A DNA stretch of 64,000 nucleotides, from contig CAZVYX010000027.1 of NCBI GenBank assembly GCA_964631725.1, positions 1,624-65,623 of the forward strand. The letters are read 5' to 3'. The stretch is from an uncultured Rhodospirillaceae bacterium (GTDB lineage Bacteria > Pseudomonadota > Alphaproteobacteria > GCA-2731375). The position numbers and the translations under genes are program-made. Numbering within the stretch: the first letter of the stretch is position 1; each line of letters begins with the position of its first letter. Positions 10,176-19,157 of the stretch are shown here, in pieces. The notes under the pieces were generated by a model that made no database searches, was not told the DNA's origin, and saw nothing but the letters and a program-made list of their open reading frames with translations.

Positions 10176-10859
10176 TTAGGCGGTTGGTTCCGTCTGCCGC
10201 CAGACATCGTCCCGGGGCATATTGGGATTGCCGGGGCGTGTGTCGTAGTAGGGAATGAGCGGCTTGTAATGTTCGTAGAGGCGGCGCAGTTCGCCCACCG
10301 GTTCGTCATGCAGATCGGCGCGCAGATCGATCCAGGCATAGCTGCGTTTGTTCACCACCTTCAGGGCCGAGGAAAATTCGCCGCCCACCTGGCCGCCGGC
10401 ATCACGGCCCGCTTCCAGACATTGCATCAACCGATCGCCAAGGTCCCCGCCCTTCGTTTGCTCCCAGACTTCCTCCATCGCGGTCACCGTTGCCTCGCCC
10501 GTCAGACGGTTGCCCAGGGAGACAAAATCCTGCTTCGCGACATGGCCCTTCCAATCCTCGCTGTCCTGGCCGGTCCAGGCGGCGGTGCGGCCTTCCTGGT
10601 CGACCACCGCGACCTGACGCCATTCGCGGTGCGGATCGTTATCCGACAGCTCCCGCAGCACCTTGTCGGCGCCGTATCCCATGGACAACAGATCAAGGCC
10701 GAGGGGCCCGAAGCGGGGATCGCCGTTGGCCTGCACTACCAGCGCGCCCACGCCCGGTTTCAGGAACGGGCATTTCGCGCCGATGGCGATGGGACGGGTG
10801 GCGATGGCGATGCCGAACATCCCGGTATCGGGGCAGCGGGCGACAACGGAATAAGTCAT
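10176..10859 (-). CDS. DUF1028 Ntn-hydrolase-like protein (tandem paralog)
   Basis: Begins MTYSVVARC from ATG at 10859. Colinear with the upstream paralog (EAGRDAGGQ and GELRRLY motifs shared). Confidence 0.7.
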   Translation of the reverse strand: MTYSVVARCPDTGMFGIAIATRPIAIGAKCPFLKPGVGALVVQANGDPRFGPLGLDLLSMGYGADKVLRELSDNDPHREWRQVAVVDQEGRTAAWTGQDSEDWKGHVAKQDFVSLGNRLTGEATVTAMEEVWEQTKGGDLGDRLMQCLEAGRDAGGQVGGEFSSALKVVNKRSYAWIDLRADLHDEPVGELRRLYEHYKPLIPYYDTRPGNPNMPRDDVWRQTEPTA

Positions 10860-11827
10860 GAAACATCCTCCAATTCCGGAATAACCCACAATGGCGCCTC
10901 GCCCCGGTTGACCCGCTGGACGTTGTCAAAGGCATTGCGCACCCGCGCCTTGTTGCTTTCGAAGGTCGGGCCGGCCATGTGCGGCGTCAGAACGACATTG
11001 TCCAGGGCCAGCAGCGGGTTGTCGGGCGCGGGAGGTTCCTGGTCAAAGACATCCAGGCCGGCGCCGGCGATGCGGTCGGCGGCCAGGGCATCGTGCAACG
11101 CGACCTCGTCAATGACCGGTCCGCGCGAGGTATTGACCACCATGGCGGTGGGTTTCATCAGCGCCAGTTCGGCCGCGCCGATCATGTGACGGGTCGAGGC
11201 GTTCAGGGGGACATGCAGCGAGATCAGATCGGATTCCGCCAGCAGTTCCCGCAGCAGGCGGAAACGGACGCCAAGGGCATCTTCCTCCGCCTCGGTAAGG
11301 CGCGCGATATCGTAGTAGATCACCGCCATGCCAAAGGCCTGGGCCAGCCGCGCGGTCTTCTTGCCGATGGCGCCCAGGCCGACAATGCCCAAGGTGCGGT
11401 TGCGCAGTTCATGCAGCGCCAGCACATCATTGCCCCGCCAGCGGCCCGCCGCCACGTCGCCGTGCTGGCGCACCAGTTGCCGGGAAACCGCCAGCATCAG
11501 CAACAGGGCATGCTCCGAAACGGCGACCGAGTTGGCGCCGCCGTTATTTGATATCGGCACCCCGGCCTTGCGCGCGGCGGCGATATCGGCCCGGTCATAA
11601 CCGGCGCTGAGCAACTGTATCAGGCGCAGATTGGGCGCCGTGGCATAAAGCTCGTCATCCACCAGCATATCGACGAAGCCGACCAGATATTCCGCCGTTG
11701 CCAACGCCCCCTGGTACTCGGCACTGCGCGCCTCGGTGATGATCAGATCATAACCGCTCGGCGCCAATTCCCGCGCGAATGCCGCCGCCGCCGGAAACTG
11801 CGTTACAAATACGATTTTCGAGCTCAT
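10856..11827 (-). CDS. D-isomer-specific 2-hydroxyacid dehydrogenase
   Basis: GIVGLGAIG NAD-binding motif; catalytic R/E/H region. Start MSSKIVFVT at 11827. Confidence 0.8.
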   Translation of the reverse strand: MSSKIVFVTQFPAAAAFARELAPSGYDLIITEARSAEYQGALATAEYLVGFVDMLVDDELYATAPNLRLIQLLSAGYDRADIAAARKAGVPISNNGGANSVAVSEHALLLMLAVSRQLVRQHGDVAAGRWRGNDVLALHELRNRTLGIVGLGAIGKKTARLAQAFGMAVIYYDIARLTEAEEDALGVRFRLLRELLAESDLISLHVPLNASTRHMIGAAELALMKPTAMVVNTSRGPVIDEVALHDALAADRIAGAGLDVFDQEPPAPDNPLLALDNVVLTPHMAGPTFESNKARVRNAFDNVQRVNRGEAPLWVIPELEDVS

Positions 11828-11962
11828 GGCCGGTCCTTCTTCTTTCGAAATCTGTTGCACGACAGCACAAAGCATCGGCAAATTGAAAGCAACCTATTTT
11901 CCGCTGCGGCGGGAATCCTAAGCCGGGCCTTGCCGCAAAACGCCACAAAGAGGAATAAAGCC

Positions 11963-12337
11963 ATGAACGAGCAGGAAACATTCGCATTATTGGATGACAT
12001 CGGCGCCGCCTTCGCGCGCCATGATATTGCCGCCATGGTCGGTTATTTCGCCAAGGACGGCGTCTTTGTGAATGCCATCGGGCCCGATCCGTTCGGCACC
12101 CGCTATCAGGGGCACGAACAGATCCGGGGCTATTTCGACAATCTTTTTGCCAGCACGGAAGAGGTGCAATGGGAAAAGCAGGACGCCCGGGTTGTCGGCG
12201 ACAAGGCCTACACCGAATGGCACCGCCGGGCGACCTTGAAAAGCGGCGAGAAACAGGACTGGCTCGGCGTCGATATCTATACCTTCGGCGAAGGCGAAAT
12301 CCTGAAAAAGGACACCTACATCAAGGTCGTTGGCTAG
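11963..12337 (+). CDS. SnoaL-like / NTF2-fold protein
   Basis: 124 aa. RBS aggaataaag precedes the ATG at 11963. Confidence 0.55.
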   Translation: MNEQETFALLDDIGAAFARHDIAAMVGYFAKDGVFVNAIGPDPFGTRYQGHEQIRGYFDNLFASTEEVQWEKQDARVVGDKAYTEWHRRATLKSGEKQDWLGVDIYTFGEGEILKKDTYIKVVG

Positions 12338-13755
12338 GGCGGTGAGAGGTTAAACACCCTCCGGGCGTTGTCTCCGCCAACACTTGCGGCAAGGTCTTCG
12401 GGTAGCTGATCGATGATCGCCCAGGTTGACTCGAACGAGGCCGCCAGCTTGGCCCTCTCGGGACCGGGACCGACGAATTCGTCCGCGCCCAGCATGATGC
12501 GGTTCGGGAAATCCTTGATCAACTGCAGCCAGTCCGGCTTGATGCGCCTGTCCAAATCGACGATCCGATTGGGGAAGGCACGGCCATCCCGGCTTTGCAG
12601 TTGTTGCGGCACGCGCAGCGAGAGGTACAGATTGGCGTGGGCCCGCAACAGACGACGCATCAGTGACGGCGTCATTTGGCCGGTGTTGTCCCAGCCGATA
12701 TGCTCCCAGACGATGCGGGCCTTGCGGTTGTGCCGCAGCAGAGCTTCCAGATCGGGGATCGTCGGCTCCAGGGTATGGGGATTCTTGCCGCAACGCCGGC
12801 GCAGGTTTTCGGGCGTGGCGGCGCGGGTCTCAATGGCCTCCATATGCAGATCGATTGCGACGTTCCGTTGCGCCGCGATATCGGCCAGTTCCAGGAACAG
12901 GGGATGATTTGGCGCGACATATTCGAACTTGTGCTTGGGGTTCATGCACAGGTGGTAGGAGATCATCTCGCCAAAGCCCACGGCGCCATCATCCAATAAT
13001 TGCTCCGCCGTCTTTCGAAAGCGCCGTTTCAAATCTTCCGTGACCGCGTCGGCGGGCCATTCCTGAAGCATCTCGCCCAGCAGCGCGCCGCCAGCCAGCA
13101 GGCGGAGCCGACCGGGGTGGCCCCGCACCGCTTCGCGCATCAGGCGGTAGGACTGCATCCGGCCCTCCCGCGATGACGGCACCACCACGATCAGCGCGGT
13201 TTTCAGGCGCTGTTGGTCCATGCGGGCAACAAGGTTGTTCGCGGCGGCGGCCAGGTTGGCCGCCTCGTCCATGGGTTCGCGGCGGCCCTGTTCACGTCCG
13301 CCACCCTGGTTGCCGTGGGTCTTGTCGAGGCCAACCTGGTGCAGGTGTATATGAGTATCGACAAACCGTAACGGTCCTTGCCGGGCCATGGCCGGGGCGG
13401 CGGTATCACTGGCGGAACGCCGCCCGCCCTGTTGCCGGCCTGATTGACTTTGCGCGCCGGTCCGGCCACCGCCCCGCGGGCCGCCCCGCCGCACCTCCTG
13501 CGGTGTCAGATAACCGCTGCCATCGGCGTCCAGACGATCGAAAACCTGGGCCGGTCCGGGAAATTCGCGCTTTGACAACCGGCCATCGCCGTCTCGGTCG
13601 TTCCGCTGAAAGACCGGCGGGACATTCTGTGCCGACACTTCGAACTCGGCAGTGGTAAATGGCATCCCGGGGACGAAAACAGCCACCAGGGTGGCCCCGC
13701 CAAGCATCAGGTGGGTTAGGCATCGTATCGCAAAGGCAGACTTGAACAAGGCCAT
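12334..13755 (-). CDS. secreted EF-hand (x2) + amidohydrolase-2 (PF04909-like TIM-barrel metal hydrolase) fusion
   Basis: Signal peptide MALFKSAFAIRCLTHLMLGGATLVAVFV. Two canonical 12-residue EF loops (DRDGDGRLSKRE, DADGSGYLTPQE). G/R-rich linker, then FVDTHIHLH metal-binding motif. Confidence 0.65.
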   Translation of the reverse strand: MALFKSAFAIRCLTHLMLGGATLVAVFVPGMPFTTAEFEVSAQNVPPVFQRNDRDGDGRLSKREFPGPAQVFDRLDADGSGYLTPQEVRRGGPRGGGRTGAQSQSGRQQGGRRSASDTAAPAMARQGPLRFVDTHIHLHQVGLDKTHGNQGGGREQGRREPMDEAANLAAAANNLVARMDQQRLKTALIVVVPSSREGRMQSYRLMREAVRGHPGRLRLLAGGALLGEMLQEWPADAVTEDLKRRFRKTAEQLLDDGAVGFGEMISYHLCMNPKHKFEYVAPNHPLFLELADIAAQRNVAIDLHMEAIETRAATPENLRRRCGKNPHTLEPTIPDLEALLRHNRKARIVWEHIGWDNTGQMTPSLMRRLLRAHANLYLSLRVPQQLQSRDGRAFPNRIVDLDRRIKPDWLQLIKDFPNRIMLGADEFVGPGPERAKLAASFESTWAIIDQLPEDLAASVGGDNARRVFNLSPP

Positions 13756-13894
13756 GTATCCGACTCCTTGATCACCGATCATAGCCGATCTGGCGCAAAT
13801 GATGGAACTACTCTGCCGTCTTCGGATGGCCTTGGGAATTTCGGCGACTGTTGTTAAGGTTGCCTACGGCTTATCACATCAAAGGGTGTAACCC

Positions 13895-14239
13895 ATGGTC
13901 ATCACGATCGTTCAAATTCCGCGCAGTGCCGCCAAGCCCGACAAGGCGGCCTCCATCGAAGGCGCCAAGAAAAGCGCGCCCATATACCGCGAAGTCAAAG
14001 GTCTGCTGCGTAAGGACTTCCTCAATGGCGAGGACTGCGGCGGCGGCGTCTATCTTTGGGAATCCCGGGAAGCGGCGGAAGCCTGGTTCAATGACGACTG
14101 GTGGGGCTGGATCGAAGAGCGTTTTGGCGCCCGGCCGACCCTGACCTATTTCGACCATTATCTGACGGTCGACAATATGGTCGGCGAAATCCGCGTCGAT
14201 GGCCAGCCCATCGAGATCGCGGAAGAGGCGGCGGAGTAA
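13895..14239 (+). CDS. YdhR-like putative monooxygenase (dimeric alpha/beta barrel)
   Basis: 114-aa ORF with a clean ATG. Weak family resemblance only. Confidence 0.45.
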   Translation: MVITIVQIPRSAAKPDKAASIEGAKKSAPIYREVKGLLRKDFLNGEDCGGGVYLWESREAAEAWFNDDWWGWIEERFGARPTLTYFDHYLTVDNMVGEIRVDGQPIEIAEEAAE

Positions 14240-14277
14240 GCCCCCGCCCCGCCCATTCCCGCCCCGCCTAGAGCATG

Positions 14278-14373
14278 TCTTTTCTAAACATGCTCGGACT
14301 CTTAAGAGAAAGAGCAATTGAATCAATCACTTGATTCGCGAAAGCGAATCCAATTAATTGAAAATTGCTCTAG
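14278..14373 (-). repeat. MITE-like repeat subtype A, copy A2 (inverted relative to A1), CTAG both ends
   Basis: ctagagcatgtcttttctaaacatgctc...agagcaattgaatcaatcacttgattcgcgaaagcgaatccaattaattgaaaattgctctag. The 3' CTAG supplies the ligase TAG stop. Confidence 0.8.
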
Positions 14374-15911
14374 TCCCGTGGCAGTTCGTGCTTTAGGACC
14401 TTGCCGGTGGCGTTGTGGGGCAATTCGTCCATGAAGCGAACCTGTTTCGGCACCTTGAAGCGGGCCAATTGCGTATCGCAGTGATCGATCACGGCTGCTT
14501 CGTCCAGGTTCGAGCCTGGCTTCAACACGACGCAGGCGCGGCCGACCTCGCCCCATTTCTCATCCGGAATGCCGATCACGGCATTTTCCAGCACGCCGTC
14601 CAGTTGGAAGATGACGTTCTCCACTTCCACCGGATAGACGTTCTCGCCGCCTGAGATGAACATGTCCTTGGTGCGGTCGACGATATAGTAGTAGCCATCT
14701 TCGTCCTGGCGGGCGGCGTCGCCGGTGCGGAACCAGCCGTCCGGGGTGAAAAAGTCGTCGTGCTCCGCCTCCCGGTTCCAATAGCCGGGCGTCACGACGG
14801 GTCCTTGGATCAGCATTTCGCCGGTCTCGCCCTGGACGACGTCATTTTCCGCTTCATCGACAATCCTCAGTTTGACGTAAAGCGGCGGCAGGCCGGAAGA
14901 GCCGACCCTGGAAATGGCCTGGTCGCCGGACAGCATCAGGCCCAGGGGTCCCGTCTCCGTCATGCCCCAGCCCTGCTGCAGATTGATACCCTTGTCGCCA
15001 AATTCCTCAATCAGGGACAGGGGCGCGGCAGCGCCGCCGACGCCAAGGCAAACGATATGTGACAGGTCGGCATCGGCGAAGCCGGGAACCTGCGCCATCA
15101 TCAGATAATTGGTGGGCACGCCCAGGGCGTGGGTAATGTTCAGCCCCTTGTTGGACAGCAGGGCCAGAAAATAGTCCGGCTCGAACGTGCGCAGCACGAC
15201 ATTGCAACCGCCTGTATGAAACATCGGGTTGCCATAGACGTTCAGACCACCGGTATGAAATATCGGCAGGAACACCAGGTTCTTGGAGTTGCAGGTGATC
15301 TCCGTCGTCATGACGCACTGCACGGAGTTGAAAACCGCCATCTGATAGGTGATCTTGGCGCCCTTGGGCCGGCCCGTTGTGCCGGATGTATACATCAGGG
15401 TCCAGATATCGGTGAGCTGCCGCGGCGGCGCGGCAACCGGGGCGACGCCCGCGGCGGCGGCCGCCGCCAGCCCCGCTTCGTAGTCGCTGTCGCCGCCGTT
15501 GTTCAGGCTGGCGATGGCCGGGACCTCCGCCAGGCGTTGAATTTCAACCGCTTCCGCCGTTAGCTCCGTGCCATATAAAATCGCCTTGGGTGCGGCATCC
15601 TTGCAGATGTATTCCAGTTCCGGCACCGCCAGGCGCCAATTCAGGGGCAGGAAGATCGCGCCGAGCCGCCGGCAGGCGAACTGAATTTCGAACATATCGG
15701 TGTCGTTGTGACACAGCACCGCGACCCGGTCCTCCTCGCCAACACCCAGGCCGTCGCGCAGGTATTTCGCGGCAAGATCGACGCGGTCGTGCATTTCCCC
15801 ATAGGTGAAATGCCGGTCGGAGGCCAGATCGTGCATGGCTTCCCGTCCTGGCGAGAACCGGGCGTGGTGGGCAATCCAATCATTGACCGGAATATAATCG
15901 GGGGTGGACAT
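14370..15911 (-). CDS. AMP-dependent acyl-CoA synthetase/ligase
   Basis: Start MSTPDYIPVND at 15911. YTSGTTGRPKG and GWFRTGD motifs. Contains an in-frame 13-codon tandem duplication (see findings). Confidence 0.85.
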   Translation of the reverse strand: MSTPDYIPVNDWIAHHARFSPGREAMHDLASDRHFTYGEMHDRVDLAAKYLRDGLGVGEEDRVAVLCHNDTDMFEIQFACRRLGAIFLPLNWRLAVPELEYICKDAAPKAILYGTELTAEAVEIQRLAEVPAIASLNNGGDSDYEAGLAAAAAAGVAPVAAPPRQLTDIWTLMYTSGTTGRPKGAKITYQMAVFNSVQCVMTTEITCNSKNLVFLPIFHTGGLNVYGNPMFHTGGCNVVLRTFEPDYFLALLSNKGLNITHALGVPTNYLMMAQVPGFADADLSHIVCLGVGGAAAPLSLIEEFGDKGINLQQGWGMTETGPLGLMLSGDQAISRVGSSGLPPLYVKLRIVDEAENDVVQGETGEMLIQGPVVTPGYWNREAEHDDFFTPDGWFRTGDAARQDEDGYYYIVDRTKDMFISGGENVYPVEVENVIFQLDGVLENAVIGIPDEKWGEVGRACVVLKPGSNLDEAAVIDHCDTQLARFKVPKQVRFMDELPHNATGKVLKHELPRD

Positions 15912-15934
15912 GACGGTACTCCTATTCTCTGAAC

Positions 15935-16354
15935 CTATGTCTTGAGGCCGCCCTTGCGGCAAATAATCTTCCAGCTTTTGGCATCCACGGGCTGGACCGA
16001 CAGGCGGGTATTGGTGACCAGGGGCATTGCGGCCAGGCGTTCATCGGCCTTGACGTCAGCCAGTGTGACCGGGTTCGGCATCGCTTCGATTGCGCGTACA
16101 TCGACCATGCCAAATTTGCCCTTTGCGTCGGTCGGGTCCAGATACCATTCCTTGCAAACCTCGACGATCCCCACCACGCGCTTTTCATTGACCGAGTGAT
16201 AGAAGAAACCTTTGTCGCCCACCTTCATGGCCTTCATGTTGTTGCCGGCCTGGTGGTTGCGCACGCCGTCCCATTCGGCGCCCTTCCTGCCTTCCTTGAC
16301 CTGGTCGTCCCACGACCAGGCGCCCGGTTCCGATTTAAACAGCCAGTAGGCCAT
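15935..16354 (-). CDS. EVE (PUA-like) domain protein
   Basis: MAYWLFKSEPGAWSWDDQ... is the canonical EVE start. Confidence 0.7.
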   Translation of the reverse strand: MAYWLFKSEPGAWSWDDQVKEGRKGAEWDGVRNHQAGNNMKAMKVGDKGFFYHSVNEKRVVGIVEVCKEWYLDPTDAKGKFGMVDVRAIEAMPNPVTLADVKADERLAAMPLVTNTRLSVQPVDAKSWKIICRKGGLKT

Positions 16355-16389
16355 GCCTATTCCCCCAAAGATTTCCAAAATACCTGGTT

Positions 16390-17382
16390 TTAGCCGTGTT
16401 CCGCCCGATAAGGCCGCTCCAGCATGCCTTCGATCGTGGCGTCGATATCGGCCATGTAGTTCAAGACCCCGTCCATGGCGGTGCAGATCGGCATCTCGAA
16501 ATCCATTGGGCTGACGTGATCGGCGATGGCGCTGACCGTGTGCGCCCCCTCCGCCACGGAGCGGCGCTCGGCCAGAATATCCTCCATCCGGCGGCCCTCG
16601 CCCAGTTCGATGCCCAGGGACATATTGCGCGAAGTGTCGGAATTGCAGGTCAGGGCCAGATCGCCCAGGCCGGACAGACCCATCAGGGTCTCGGAACGGC
16701 CGCCGCGCATGGCGCCATAGCGCATCATTTCCGCCAGTCCCCGGGTCATCAGGGCGGCGCGGGCGTTGTCGCCCAGGGCCCGCCCCTCGACAATGCCGCA
16801 GGCGATGGCCAGAACGTTCTTAACCGCGCCGCCGATCTGCGCCCCGATCACGTCATCGGTCCAGTAGGGGCGAAAATGCGGCACGCCGATGGCCTCGACG
16901 ATGCGCCCGCCCAGGTCTTCCTCGGCACAGGCCAGGGTAACGGCGGTCGGCAGCCCCTTGGCCACCTCGATGGCGAACGTGGGCCCGGACAGCACCGCTT
17001 GCGGCGCCTCGGGCATGGTCTCCGACAGCACCTCGCTCATCAAGGCGAAGCTTTCCTTTTCGATCCCCTTGGCGCAAATCACCGCCGGCACGCCTGGCTT
17101 CAGATGCGCCGCCAATTCGTCCGTTACCGGGCGCAGAAACTGCGCCGGGGTGACCAGCAGCACCAGGTCCGCCGCCGCCGCCTCGCCCAGATCCGTGGTG
17201 GCGCGCAGGCTTTCGTGCAGGGGCACGTCGGGCAGGAAAACCGAATTGACGTGGTCCTTGTTGATGGCCGCGACAACCTCTTCCTCGCGGGCCCAGATCT
17301 GGGCCTGCCGCCCGGCCGCCGCCAACAATTGCGCCAGCGCGGTCCCCCAGGCACCCGCGCCGATTACCGATATCTTTTCCAT
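16390..17382 (-). CDS. gpsA: NAD(P)H-dependent glycerol-3-phosphate dehydrogenase
   Basis: MEKISVIGAGAWGTALA...; full-length 330 aa. Confidence 0.9.
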   Translation of the reverse strand: MEKISVIGAGAWGTALAQLLAAAGRQAQIWAREEEVVAAINKDHVNSVFLPDVPLHESLRATTDLGEAAAADLVLLVTPAQFLRPVTDELAAHLKPGVPAVICAKGIEKESFALMSEVLSETMPEAPQAVLSGPTFAIEVAKGLPTAVTLACAEEDLGGRIVEAIGVPHFRPYWTDDVIGAQIGGAVKNVLAIACGIVEGRALGDNARAALMTRGLAEMMRYGAMRGGRSETLMGLSGLGDLALTCNSDTSRNMSLGIELGEGRRMEDILAERRSVAEGAHTVSAIADHVSPMDFEMPICTAMDGVLNYMADIDATIEGMLERPYRAEHG

Positions 17383-17430
17383 GCCGCGTTTATGGCTAAA
17401 AGACCGCCCGCCCGCAAGATCAATGCGGCC

Positions 17431-18867
17431 CTAGCCGAGGTCGGGTACTTTATCGAACCAGGGATTGGCCACTTCCAACTGCGCCGCCAGACGGAACAAG
17501 GTCGCCTCGTCGCCAAAGGGCGCTCCGAAATGGATCCCCACCGGCAGGCCGCCACGGCTCCAATGCAGGGGCACGGTCATCGCGGGGCAGCCTGTGTTGT
17601 TATAGAACGGCGTGATCGCGATCTCGTCCTTGAACAAGGCATCCCAATAATGGTCCAGGTCATTGTCCTGCATGTCGATGGCGCCCAGGGGTAGCGGTGG
17701 GTGGCGCAGGGTGGAGGACAGAATCAGGTCGTAGTCGTTGAAGAAAGCGGCCAACTGGCGGCCCGCCTGGTGCAACACCATGACGGCCGCGGCATAATCG
17801 CCGGCGCTTGATTTCGTGCCTTCCTGGGCCAGGGCCCAGGTTACGGCTTCGACATCCTGGCCGCTGGGTTCCCGCCCCAGGGCCTTGCAACGCAGGCGCA
17901 CGGCGGTCCAGACATTGCCGGCGATCACCGTGCGGGAGGCTTGGTCCAGGGCGCCCACATCGAGTTTTGGTTGGGCCGGCTCCACCCGGTGGCCCAGATC
18001 GGTGCATAGCTTGGCCGCATCCTCGACGCCCTTGACGCATTCGGGGTCAAGCGGCCGGCCATCGAAACCATCGGTCATCAGGGCGATGCGCAGCTTGCCC
18101 GGATCGGCACCGACCTCTTCCGCGAACGGCCGGGCGGGCGCAGGTGCGGCATAGGGGTCGCCCGGCGCCGCGCCATGGGTGCAATCCATCATGCGGGCTG
18201 AATCCCGGACCGAACGACTGACCACATGGCCCGTGGACATGCCGCTCCAGCCCTCGCCCACATCAGGGCCTGCGGGATTACGGCCACGGGTCGGCTTGAC
18301 CCCGAACAGGCCGCAGTTCGATGCCGGTATGCGGATCGAACCGCCACCGTCCGTCGCGTGTGCCATGGGCAGGATGCCGGCGGCCACCGCCGCCGCCGAT
18401 CCGCCCGACGAGCCGCCGGCCGAATGGGCCGGGTTCCACGGGTTCGGCGTGGCGCCATGCAAGGTTGGCTCGGTGGTGGCGTTCAGGCCCATTTCCGGCG
18501 TGTTGGTCCGGCCCATGATGACCAGCCCGGCGGCCTTGCAACGCTCGGTATAGGTGGCGTCGTGGTCGGGCACGAAATCAGCCCACAGGCGGCTTCCAAA
18601 GGTGCAGGGCTGTCCCGCATCGAAGGCGCCTAGGTCCTTCAATAGATACGGTACGTTCTGGAAGGGGCCGTCCGGCGCACTGCCGTCGGCGACGGTTTGC
18701 CGGGCCTGCTCGAATTGTTGGTGCACAATGGCATTTACCTCCGGATTGACCGCCTCCGCCCGGGCTATGGCGGCCTCCAACACCTCCGTTGGGTCCAAAT
18801 CACCCTGGGCAATGGCTTCGGCCAGGGCCGTGGCATCCATTTTTCGGTATTCCGCGAACGTCACCAT
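17431..18867 (-). CDS. amidase-signature (AS) family amidase
   Basis: GGSSGGSAAAVAAG and the AS region; 478 aa. Confidence 0.85.
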   Translation of the reverse strand: MVTFAEYRKMDATALAEAIAQGDLDPTEVLEAAIARAEAVNPEVNAIVHQQFEQARQTVADGSAPDGPFQNVPYLLKDLGAFDAGQPCTFGSRLWADFVPDHDATYTERCKAAGLVIMGRTNTPEMGLNATTEPTLHGATPNPWNPAHSAGGSSGGSAAAVAAGILPMAHATDGGGSIRIPASNCGLFGVKPTRGRNPAGPDVGEGWSGMSTGHVVSRSVRDSARMMDCTHGAAPGDPYAAPAPARPFAEEVGADPGKLRIALMTDGFDGRPLDPECVKGVEDAAKLCTDLGHRVEPAQPKLDVGALDQASRTVIAGNVWTAVRLRCKALGREPSGQDVEAVTWALAQEGTKSSAGDYAAAVMVLHQAGRQLAAFFNDYDLILSSTLRHPPLPLGAIDMQDNDLDHYWDALFKDEIAITPFYNNTGCPAMTVPLHWSRGGLPVGIHFGAPFGDEATLFRLAAQLEVANPWFDKVPDLG

Positions 18868-18897
18868 GATTGTCTCTCCCCAGTTTTCCCACAGCTT

Positions 18898-19157
18898 ATA
18901 CCAAATTGCGGTGATAAAGGCTCATATAGACGCATTACGAAGGCTTTCGGGTAGGAGCGCGTGGCGCCGTGGTACCAGTACCATAAGCTGTGCGCGACAC
19001 CGCCGAAAGCCTTCGCAATGCGCCGAATTCGGCCGTTTCAGGAGCCCCTGGGCGGCGTCGTGAAAGCTTGACGGTAGCGGTACCGCCGGCGCTTCCACTC
19101 CTACCCGAGGGGCTCCTGAAACGATCTATATGGGTCTTTATCACCGCAACTTGGTAT
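18898..19157. repeat. 260-bp MITE-like structured repeat with ~35-bp terminal inverted repeats (ataccaaRttgcggtgataaag...)
   Basis: The left TIR at 18898-18932 matches the reverse complement of 19123-19157. Internal nested palindromes (cgaaggctttcgg/ccgaaagccttcg; cgtttcaggagcccct/aggggctcctgaaacg). Lies 31 bp upstream of the amidase start and abuts the stop of the HTH/citrate-synthase-like gene. Confidence 0.75.

Noticed and set aside
16396-17694. 432-aa ORF antisense to gpsA
   Set aside because: gpsA on the opposite strand is unambiguous. The antisense product is low-complexity.
18935-19144. ORFs beginning MIKTHIDRFRSPSGRSGSAG in both copies of the 260-bp repeat (second at 58509..58793)
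   Set aside because: The shared N-terminus is just the translated TIR. Downstream sequences diverge completely.
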